Shown: one piece after another, positions 9,051 through 17,257 of the stretch
How positions within the stretch are numbered: the first letter of the stretch is position 1
Layout of the letters: each line of letters opens with the position of its first letter
Assembly (NCBI GenBank): GCA_044450345.1
Contig: JBIOIY010000028.1
Coordinates: forward strand, 1-38,364
DNA from: Thermodesulfovibrionales bacterium
GTDB lineage: Bacteria; Nitrospirota; Thermodesulfovibrionia; Thermodesulfovibrionales; UBA6898
Length of the DNA stretch: 38,364 nucleotides
Direction: 5' to 3'
Notes under the pieces: generated by a model
Databases searched by the model: none
Told to the model about the DNA's origin: nothing
The model's input: only the letters and a program-made list of their open reading frames with translations
Translations under genes and position numbers: made by a program

Positions 9051-10241
9051 TCAATACGGCCAGGCGCTAATGCCGTGTCTGATCGTGTACATGAAGTATT
9101 TCTCGAACCCTAGCTTCAGCCATTTGTAGACGATGCCTTCTTTGAGCTCTGATTCCTGTCTCGGTGGAAGAACCGGGCTGGCCTTCATGTACATCGCCTT
9201 CTTGCCCGTATCCATGAGGCAGAAGACCTCGATCGGAATTTCAGCCGGAGGAGTGGCTCCCGTGATATCAGACGCGATTGTCTTTGCAGCAGTCTTTGCC
9301 ATTCTCACAGTCATATAACCGGTTTTCGGGACTCCTGTGGGCACCGGGGTGGCTTCGGGAGGCGCTATCGCGACTGCGACACCGGCGGAAAAAATGTTCT
9401 TGTGTTTTGTATGCCTGTACCTGCCGTCAACCGGGATGAATCCCCTTGGATTGCCGAGATGTGCCACTGCAGGCACTCCTTTCATAGCAGGGGCGAACAT
9501 CGAAAGCTTAAATGGAAGTTTCGTGCCGTCCTTGAGTTTCGCCTCTCCGGCAGTGAACTCTTCTATGGCGGTGTTTGCGATTATCTTAATGTCGCGTTTT
9601 GCGAACTCATCCTCCATCATCCTTTTTGAGTTCCTTAGCCCGCCGATCCCGAAATGGCCGGCATACGGCTCCGATGTGACAAACGTGATCGGTACCTTGT
9701 GCCTTATCTTCCGCTTGCGAAGTTCGGCGTCTACCTCGAAGACATACTCATAGGGAGGTCCCGAGCAACTCACACCCTGCACCGACCCCACAACGATGCT
9801 GCCCGGCGCTTCAAGGAACCTGCTCCATGCGCTGTTCGCCCTCTCCGCCTGATCGAGGGTGAAGATGCACTCTGTATGTCCTTTTTCGGGGCCGAGGCCC
9901 GGGACTTCCTCAAAGGCGAGGTACGGCCCGGTCGCTATTACCAGAAAGTCGTAAGGAATTTCCTTCGTTCCGGTAATAACCTTCGAACCGTCGGCATCCA
10001 CACCCGTAGCCTTTTCATGAACAAAGGCGATGCCTTTTCTTTCCAGTAACGGCTTCAAAGACAGGGTTATATCGCTCGCCTTCCTCCATCCCATCGCCAG
10101 CCATGGCAAGGAAGGAATGAATACGAATTTGTCGTCGTCGCTTACAACGGTGATCTCAGCCTTTTTCCCGAGAAGTCTTTTAAGCTCAAAGGCAGCAGTC
10201 AACCCGCCGAATGAGCCGCCCAATATAACTATCCTCGCCAT
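9051..10241 (-). CDS. sqr: Sulfide:quinone oxidoreductase-like flavoprotein (SqrA/SqrD-like)
   Basis: GGSFGG FAD fold, FVFIPSLPW, ATGP, ECIFT, SCSGPPYEY, GVPKTGYM, FCLMDTG, C-terminal amphipathic KLGFEKYF. Confidence 0.88.
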   Translation of the reverse strand: MARIVILGGSFGGLTAAFELKRLLGKKAEITVVSDDDKFVFIPSLPWLAMGWRKASDITLSLKPLLERKGIAFVHEKATGVDADGSKVITGTKEIPYDFLVIATGPYLAFEEVPGLGPEKGHTECIFTLDQAERANSAWSRFLEAPGSIVVGSVQGVSCSGPPYEYVFEVDAELRKRKIRHKVPITFVTSEPYAGHFGIGGLRNSKRMMEDEFAKRDIKIIANTAIEEFTAGEAKLKDGTKLPFKLSMFAPAMKGVPAVAHLGNPRGFIPVDGRYRHTKHKNIFSAGVAVAIAPPEATPVPTGVPKTGYMTVRMAKTAAKTIASDITGATPPAEIPIEVFCLMDTGKKAMYMKASPVLPPRQESELKEGIVYKWLKLGFEKYFMYTIRHGISAWPY

Positions 10242-10263
10242 GTCATCCTCCCATTAAATTATT

Positions 10264-10290
10264 GTAGGGGCAATTCATGAATTGCACTAT
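10264..10290. repeat. Degenerate GTAG-family REP-like palindrome between dsrH and sqr
   Basis: GTAGGGGCAATTCATGAATTGCACTAT, with a perfect core GCAATTCATGAATTGC. Confidence 0.6.
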
Positions 10291-10291
10291 T

Positions 10292-10579
10292 CTAAAACAT
10301 CCCTATTACCTTGTCGGTTTCGGTCATTAAATCAACCAGACCGCCGTAATCGATATCCTTTATGTTTTTATTTTCATCGGCGCTCTTCAGTCCTCTTAAT
10401 CTCCTGTCGTCTTCGAGGACATAGGCTGTCCTGACATACCCCAGGTCTTCGAGCGCTTGTTCCTTGAGAAAATAGACCCCGTTCTGTAAGAGAACGATAT
10501 CGGCGGACATATCCCGTGCAATCTTAACGCCCCTTTTGCCTGCCGGTGTGTCAGGCGCGCTTTTTACAATAACTATCAT
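10292..10579 (-). CDS. dsrH: DsrH/TusB-family sulfur-relay subunit
   Basis: KSAP, IVLLQNGVY, YVLEDDRRLRGL, IDYGGLVDL; 95 aa; third gene of an E-F-H triplet. Confidence 0.85.
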   Translation of the reverse strand: MIVIVKSAPDTPAGKRGVKIARDMSADIVLLQNGVYFLKEQALEDLGYVRTAYVLEDDRRLRGLKSADENKNIKDIDYGGLVDLMTETDKVIGMF

Positions 10580-10602
10580 AGGAACCTCCCGTTTGTCGTT
10601 CG

Positions 10603-10956
10603 TTAAAAAATCATTGTGCTGTCGGCCTGTTTAAGGAGTGCTGCGATAGCTGACTCATTTACTATTTTCACACCTTCAACAATGTCCTCTTTTTTTAGTT
10701 CGTGCTGGATCAGGGACAGATTATCCGCAAAAACCTCTGCACCCATTTCGGCGCAATCCTTTAACGCAGCTTCGAGATTGGTAAAACCAGTGTTCGTGTC
10801 GTCCTGCCCTTTTCTTGCGAGCTGGACGCCGCCGTCAACGAGGATAAGTGATACTGCGATATCTCCTGACATGGCACCTAGGGCATGCCTTACCGCTTCG
10901 GCTGCATTAATGTCGCCGTATGGCGGCTTTCTGAGTATCATTGCAATCTTTCCCAT
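10603..10956 (-). CDS. dsrF: DsrF/TusC-family sulfur-relay subunit
   Basis: ILRKPPYG, EAVRHALG, LVDGGV...KGQ; SD AGGAGG overlaps the TAG of the extended dsrE. Confidence 0.8.
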   Translation of the reverse strand: MGKIAMILRKPPYGDINAAEAVRHALGAMSGDIAVSLILVDGGVQLARKGQDDTNTGFTNLEAALKDCAEMGAEVFADNLSLIQHELKKEDIVEGVKIVNESAIAALLKQADSTMIF

Positions 10957-10965
10957 ATTTTCCTC

Positions 10966-11322
10966 CTATGCTCCTATATTGAGCCAGATATCGCTTTCGC
11001 CCATGGTCTTGAATAACCCTTTGAGCGAGCCGACCTCTACGCCGTCGATATAATCTTCTTGCGCCGCACGGCGAAAGTTGAGACACCCTCCTCAGAGATA
11101 AACCTTCAGACCCTTCTGAATGAGTCCTGAGAATTCCACCTCTGCGTTCGTAATCCCCTTTGCCTTCTGTTTTTTCAAAAAACAATAGATTCCGTCGGCA
11201 GAAGCGATCAGGTTGACGGTGTGCTTCCTGTTTAAGGCCGCGTCTGCGATCTTGATCGTAGAGAGGGTGTTTTCATAAGAGTAGGGTGACGTCGATAAAA
11301 AAAGCGTGATGTTTTTTCCCAT
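10966..11322 (-). CDS. dsrE: DsrE/TusD-family sulfurtransferase, selenocysteine-containing (U77-x-x-C80, TGA at 11092-11094); 118 aa
   Basis: ATG 11322 after AGGAGGAG; STSPYS, SADGIY; reading through the TGA gives LKVYL-U-GGCLNFRRAAQEDYIDGVEVGSLKGLFKTMGESDIWLNIGA, completing the fold and ending 9 nt before dsrF. Confidence 0.9.
11058..11077 (-). promoter_or_regulatory. Candidate bacterial SECIS hairpin of dsrE
   Basis: mRNA CUU-U-CGCC-GUGC-GGCG-C-AAG; G-first loop 22 nt after the UGA. Confidence 0.65.
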
Positions 11323-11392
11323 AATCTCCTCCTGCATACTTATAACGTTACTGTTTTGGAGTCATTTGAACAAATAACAATGCCTGTATTCA

Positions 11393-11473
11393 TCAATTCC
11401 TCCTAACGCCCGGATATTTGACTTTCTTTGTTACCGGGCAACAGGCGGGTGCAGGCAATTCGTCTTACAGCAC
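11393..11473 (-). pseudogene. Collapsed remnant of a second ArsR gene (only the start and the C-terminal tail remain)
   Basis: SD GGAGG, GTG CTG TAA, then in frame DELPAPACCPVTKKVKYPGVRRN-stop; matches the tail ETLPAPACCPVTKKGTYPGTRTR of the ArsR at 8487-8828. Confidence 0.8.
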
Positions 11474-11497
11474 TTTTTTTTCCTCCGATAAATGCAT

Positions 11498-11533
11498 ATA
11501 TAAAGATATACCGATATTTGAATGTATTGTCAA
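11498..11533 (-). promoter_or_regulatory. Putative sigma70 promoter of the dsrEFH-sqr unit, overlapped by an ArsR-type AT-rich imperfect palindrome
   Basis: TTGACA (11528-11533), 17 nt, TATATC; overlapped by ATATAAAGATATACCGATAT (11498-11517). Confidence 0.55.
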
Positions 11534-11615
11534 GAAATTTAATGCCGTCCATCGATTTAGTCGCTTCTCCCGCCTTATTGCCGCCAAAATAGGACTATCT
11601 GCTATAATTACCTCA

Positions 11616-11894
11616 ATGGAAGCTGCACGGGCGCATCTGTTCATCCGGGGGAGGGTCCAGGGAGTCTTCTACAGGGGCTTTACAAGAAATGTGGCGGTGA
11701 AGCTGGGCCTCAACGGGTGGGTGAAAAACCTTTATGACGGTCGTGTTGAAGCGGTATTTGAAGGCGACAGGACACTGATCGAGCAGGCTGTTCAGCATTG
11801 CAGGGTAGGCCCTCCAGGCGCATATGTCCAGGATATTGAGGTCGTCTGGGAAGGGTATTCAGGGCAGGAGAAAGGCTTCGAGATAAAATATTAG
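11616..11894 (+). CDS. acyP: Acylphosphatase
   Basis: GRVQGVFYR, GWVKNLYDGRVEAVFEG, GPP; start reassigned to ATG 11616, 7 nt after TGcTATAAT. Confidence 0.95.
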   Translation: MEAARAHLFIRGRVQGVFYRGFTRNVAVKLGLNGWVKNLYDGRVEAVFEGDRTLIEQAVQHCRVGPPGAYVQDIEVVWEGYSGQEKGFEIKY

Positions 11895-11937
11895 CCTTCT
11901 TCAACAAAAAGACGACACTAACGAGGTGGCGGAAAAA

Positions 11938-12021
11938 ATGAAAAAGGAAAACAAGAAACTCGGTGAACTCCTTCTGGATGCGGGACTGATAGAGAGAATA
12001 AAGTCCAGGGGCCGCGCTTAG
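11938..12021 (+). pseudogene. Truncated MshEN-like (GspE/PilB N-terminal) fragment, 27 codons
   Basis: SD GAGGTG; MKKENKKLGELLLDAGLIE then loss of similarity; an out-of-frame GPRLG follows. Confidence 0.55.
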
Positions 12022-12072
12022 GTCCATTATCATTTGCGGACAATGCCCCGGCCTTCTATGAAAATATTGACT

Positions 12073-13047
12073 ATGATCAACCGGCTTGAAAAAAAAGTCA
12101 TGTCAGGCGGCGATGTTTCCTGCGAGGAAGCGGTATTTATATCTTCGATTTCCGCCGAAGGGGTACTCGATCTGTTCGCTGCGGCAAACAGGATCAGGAG
12201 CCGTTTTCGCGGAAATATCATAGACATCTGCGCTATTGTAAATGCAAAGTCCGGAGGGTGTACCGAGGACTGCGCTTACTGCGCACAGTCCGCCAGGAGT
12301 TCTTCCGATACGCCGGTGTTTCCCCTCGTTGATAAACGTGCAGTCCTCGAAAAGGCAGCGGAGGCAAAACAGGGAGGCGCGGCACGCTTCTGCATCGTGA
12401 CAAGCGGGCGGAAAGCATCCGATGCGGATATACCAAAAATAGCGGAAATGATTTCCGAAGTCAGGGCAGCCGGGCTTCTGCCGTGCGCCACCCTCGGGCT
12501 TCTCGGGAAAGAGGAATTGTTTCTTTTGAAAGAGGCCGGTCTTGAGCGATTTCATCATAACCTTGAGACATCCGAGAGATTTTTTCCGGAGATATGCACT
12601 ACGCATACTTACAACGACAAGATACAGACGATTGCGGCGGCGAAGTCCGCGGGACTCTCTTTATGTTCGGGCGGCATCTTCGGACTCGGAGAGACATGGG
12701 AGGACAGGATCGACATGGGAATGGCGCTCAGAGAGATCGGTCCCGACTCCGTTCCCCTCAATTTTCTGATACCGATCAGGGGCTCCAGACTAGGATCGAG
12801 AAATCAACTCAGACCCCTCGAGGCACTAAAAATAATAAGCCTCTTCAGGTTCCTTCTTCCGGGCAAAGAGATCCGGGTCTGCGGGGGACGTGTGCAGACT
12901 CTCGGCGAATTAAATTCATTTATATTCTTTGCCGGCGCTGACGGCCTGCTCTCTGGAAATTACCTGACGACATCGGGCAGAAGCTTTAAGGATGACTTGA
13001 GACTTGTCGGAGAGCAGGGGCTTAAGGTATCCCGCATTACTGCGTAG
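12073..13047 (+). CDS. bioB: Biotin synthase (radical SAM)
   Basis: NAKSGGCTEDCAYCAQS, FCIVTSG, HHNLET, CSGGIFGLGE, SVPLNFL, NYLTT; start uncertain (12058 or 12073). Confidence 0.95.
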   Translation: MINRLEKKVMSGGDVSCEEAVFISSISAEGVLDLFAAANRIRSRFRGNIIDICAIVNAKSGGCTEDCAYCAQSARSSSDTPVFPLVDKRAVLEKAAEAKQGGAARFCIVTSGRKASDADIPKIAEMISEVRAAGLLPCATLGLLGKEELFLLKEAGLERFHHNLETSERFFPEICTTHTYNDKIQTIAAAKSAGLSLCSGGIFGLGETWEDRIDMGMALREIGPDSVPLNFLIPIRGSRLGSRNQLRPLEALKIISLFRFLLPGKEIRVCGGRVQTLGELNSFIFFAGADGLLSGNYLTTSGRSFKDDLRLVGEQGLKVSRITA

Positions 13048-13053
13048 GCAGCT

Positions 13054-13884
13054 ATGGAGGACAGGATGGTTAGCATTCGTATGAGGGCGTCCAGGCGGGT
13101 CACAGGGAAGAACTGCAATACATCTTCAGACCAGCACATATCCGGCGCCGAGGGAATATTCGAACGGAGTTCGACTGCCTCAGTCATTGAAGAATATATC
13201 CTTAGGGCGATGGCCCATCCGCGAGGCAGGCCGGACCGGATCGAGATTACGCTGGAGGGGATCAGAGCAAGGCCGAAAAAAATACGGTCACTCCCGATAA
13301 GGACAGTAGCATGCGGGTCAACACAAGCTTCGCAGCGCCACATAAAGAAAATTCTTGTCTCGGCGGGGGTAACGTATGCAGCAATAGACGAGGCGCTAAA
13401 AGTAGTCTACGGCGAGAGGACTATGCGCGGCGCTTCTGTCATATGTGCCGGATCAGGGAGAAGGATTGAACCTGACAGGGAAAGGGGGGTTCGTGCTTCG
13501 AGACTAGGGATCAGCCGGGCTGCGGGCCAGGCACTCAGCCGCGAACTGATCAGAGAAAGGATCAATTCCGAAACCGTGCGGGAGGCCGTGGTCCTTGCAT
13601 CGAAGGTTGCTTCCTGCGAACAGGTGATCGCGGAGCTCTGTGTTTCGGACGATCCTGATTACACCACAGGCTATGTTTCTTCAAAAAAGTTCGGCTACGT
13701 GAGGATACCACATATAAAGAGAAAGGGGGACCGGAGGGGAGGAAGGGTCTTTTTCATGAGAGACGACGCAGACCTGAGCGCGGCGATCTCCTTTCTCGAG
13801 AAGACGCCTGTGCTCGTCGACAAGGTATCGGAATGTCTCGGTGTCTTATCTGTCAATGAAGTCATTGGTCATTGTCATATATAA
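13054..13884 (+). CDS. bioW: 6-carboxyhexanoate (pimelate)-CoA ligase
   Basis: SIRMRAS, HISGAE, ELCVSDDPDYTTGYV, GYVRIPHIK, GGRVFF; directly after bioB. Confidence 0.93.
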   Translation: MEDRMVSIRMRASRRVTGKNCNTSSDQHISGAEGIFERSSTASVIEEYILRAMAHPRGRPDRIEITLEGIRARPKKIRSLPIRTVACGSTQASQRHIKKILVSAGVTYAAIDEALKVVYGERTMRGASVICAGSGRRIEPDRERGVRASRLGISRAAGQALSRELIRERINSETVREAVVLASKVASCEQVIAELCVSDDPDYTTGYVSSKKFGYVRIPHIKRKGDRRGGRVFFMRDDADLSAAISFLEKTPVLVDKVSECLGVLSVNEVIGHCHI

Positions 13885-14752
13885 TCCCGCAGCAAGAAGG
13901 GCATCGGAAGGAAAGATCGCCCGTGCCACGGCGTACCTTGAGGAAAAGGGCTTTGCCGTAGAACTGCTCCGCACTGAAACGGCCGGCCACGCCAGGCAAC
14001 TTGCGGCCGATGCCCTGAAGAGGAACCCGCGTCTTATAATAGCAGCCGGGGGCGACGGTACTGTCAATGAGGTGATCAACGGCATTGTGCGGACTGATAC
14101 CCCGCTTGGGGTACTTCCCCTGGGGACGACGAATGTTTTGGCCAAGGAACTCGATATTCCCGAAGATATTTGCGGCGCGCTGGAAACCGCGGTGACATCG
14201 AGCCCCAAAAAGGTGTCCCTCGGTATGATAGAAACCGGAAGCGGGAAAGATCTTGCAGCGAGGTTCTTTTGTCTGATGGCGGGCATAGGACTTGACGGCA
14301 AGACCGTTTATGATGTGAATGCAGCCGCAAAAAAGATATCGGGCAAGGCAGCATACATCCTTAGCGGAATACACAATATTATGGGATATTCTCCGGAGAG
14401 ACTCTCCTTCATAATAGACGGGAAAGAGTATACCGGGTATTCAGCGGTCATCGGCAAGGCGGCTAAGTACGGCGGACACTTCAAGGTGACGCCGGATGCG
14501 AGCCTCCTGGACCCTTCCCTGTTCGTATGCCTGTTTAAGGGCGGCCGCCGCCGCGATTTATTGAGATATGCCGTCGGGGTCATCAGGGGGAAACATCTGG
14601 CTTACGAAGATGTGATTTATCTCAGAGCAATGGAGATCGAGGTACGGGGGAATGCCCATATACAGATAGACGGAGATTATCTGGGTCTCACGCCGGCCAA
14701 GGTTTCGACAGCGAGAGACGCGCTTATGTTGGTGTATGGGGGCCGACGATGA
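13856..14752 (+). CDS. Diacylglycerol/lipid kinase family protein (YegS/DagK)
   Basis: IYNPAA, AGGDGTVNEVING, PLGTTNVLA, QIDGD. Confidence 0.92.
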   Translation: MKSLVIVIYNPAARRASEGKIARATAYLEEKGFAVELLRTETAGHARQLAADALKRNPRLIIAAGGDGTVNEVINGIVRTDTPLGVLPLGTTNVLAKELDIPEDICGALETAVTSSPKKVSLGMIETGSGKDLAARFFCLMAGIGLDGKTVYDVNAAAKKISGKAAYILSGIHNIMGYSPERLSFIIDGKEYTGYSAVIGKAAKYGGHFKVTPDASLLDPSLFVCLFKGGRRRDLLRYAVGVIRGKHLAYEDVIYLRAMEIEVRGNAHIQIDGDYLGLTPAKVSTARDALMLVYGGRR

Positions 14753-15812
14753 CACCACCCCCGATCACGGTCTCTCCTACGTAAAAGACCGCACTCTGTC
14801 CGGGAGCGGGGGCCCACTGAGGCTCATCGAAAAAAACCTTTGCCTGTGTGCCGAAGACATTAACTTCTGCCGGTCTGTCCTCCATCATTGAGCGCACCTT
14901 CACTGTAGCCTTGAAAGAACTCCCGGAGGGGGGGAATAACCAATTGAGATCAGTGACAATAATCTCTTCCCTCATCGCGTCTTCCTGCGAACCGACACGG
15001 ACGATATTGTTTGCAGTATCTATGTCCGTTACATAATATGGTCTGGGAGAGGGTAGTCTCAGCCCTTTTCTCTGTCCGATGGTATAACGGCATATTCCCT
15101 TATGGGTACCCAGCTCCCGGCCTGTCTTGTCTATGATGGGCCCCGGTCTGCAAGAAGAGGGCGACAGGTTTTCAATGAACCCGGAGTAATTCTCGTCTCC
15201 GATAAAACAAATCTCCTGGCTCTCCGGCCTATCGGCGGCCGGCAGCAGCAGGGAACGTGCAATATCTCTGACGTCAGTCTTTCTGAGTCCACCGAGAGGC
15301 AAGACCAGCCTTTCCAGTTCCTCCGGTCTTAACAAGTAGAGGACATAGGACTGGTCTTTTTTGGGGTCTACGCCTTTTTTCAAAGAGAATCTTTCATTTT
15401 GCGGCCAGACAGGGATTCGTTTTTCTACCCTCGCGTAATGGCCGGTAGCTATATATTCAGCGCCTCTTTTTCTTGCCTCTTCGAGAAGAAAGGGGAACTT
15501 GATGTGTCGATTGCACAGGATGCAGGGGTTCGGCGTCAAGCCGCTTTTGTATGCCTCAACAAACGGCTCGATCACCTTTTCAATGAATGTCTCCCTCACG
15601 TCTATCGACGAATGCGGTATGCCGAGGATATCGGCCGTCTTTGATGCGCCGTCGGTCGCCTCCAGTGAACAGCATGCGGCAGAGTTGGACCTGTTTCTGG
15701 CCTCCCAGAGGATGAAACTGACCCCCTCGACCTCGAACCCCTGTTCCTGGAGAAGATACGCGGTGACGCTTGAATCGACCCCGCCGCTCATTCCGACAAT
15801 TACTTTGCCCAT
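14724..15812 (-). CDS. mnmA: tRNA 2-thiouridine(34) synthase
   Basis: MSGGVDSS PP-loop, TPNPCILCN, ATGHYA, KDQSY, ESQEICF, TIGQRKGL, PGQSAVFY; start reassigned to ATG 15812. Confidence 0.97.
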   Translation of the reverse strand: MGKVIVGMSGGVDSSVTAYLLQEQGFEVEGVSFILWEARNRSNSAACCSLEATDGASKTADILGIPHSSIDVRETFIEKVIEPFVEAYKSGLTPNPCILCNRHIKFPFLLEEARKRGAEYIATGHYARVEKRIPVWPQNERFSLKKGVDPKKDQSYVLYLLRPEELERLVLPLGGLRKTDVRDIARSLLLPAADRPESQEICFIGDENYSGFIENLSPSSCRPGPIIDKTGRELGTHKGICRYTIGQRKGLRLPSPRPYYVTDIDTANNIVRVGSQEDAMREEIIVTDLNWLFPPSGSSFKATVKVRSMMEDRPAEVNVFGTQAKVFFDEPQWAPAPGQSAVFYVGETVIGGGVIVGPHTPT

Positions 15813-16000
15813 GTTTTTACTATAACAGAAAGGTGCGTGCCTTTTTTGTAACGGCGCTAGGTGATTTTTGGCCCTCGCTTGCGGGAATGGCAAACTGTTG
15901 CCGACTATGACGTTACCTTGGGTTCGCAATAGGCAAATAGCAAAATCCGGTTGTTTGTAATATAATAATATCTTATCTTTACCTTGAAAAAATATTTTAA

Positions 16001-17032
<1,032 letters not shown>

Positions 17033-17043
17033 ATATGCTGTGT

Positions 17044-17195
17044 GCACAGAAAAAGGCGTCTCAGAATTTTTATGATCGACTGATTATCGTTAGGTGAAGT
17101 GCGTATTGCATCATGAAATGGCTGCGATGCGCCCACTCCCGCAGGCTTTCTTTATAGGGTGTCGCATAATAATTCATCGCCACCTTTTTCTGTGC
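17044..17195 (+). other. 152-nt long imperfect hairpin (candidate structured ncRNA or MITE-like element)
   Basis: Perfect 13-bp terminal inverted repeat GCACAGAAAAAGG/CCTTTTTCTGTGC extended by imperfect pairing; central unpaired region; 10-bp apical stem 17101-17110/17123-17132. Confidence 0.5.
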
Positions 17196-17257
17196 TTGTC
17201 GTGGCGAGAGGTTTTTGGGGATGTCTATCATAGCTTAGAGGGATCCGTGTGTCTGGT

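Noticed and set aside
9051..9053. Sec readthrough at the sqr TGA and at other terminal TGA stops
   Set aside because: These proteins are already complete at the TGA; for sqr an in-frame TAG follows within six codons
10907..11337. ORF-track calls 11092-11337 (81 aa) and 10907-11185 (92 aa), or a frameshifted dsrE
   Set aside because: A single frame with one TGA gives a full-length DsrE; the 92-aa ORF is an off-frame shadow
11418..11615. 66-aa N-terminal extension of acylphosphatase
   Set aside because: It is the antisense of the ArsR remnant and promoter; AcyP homology begins at ATG 11616
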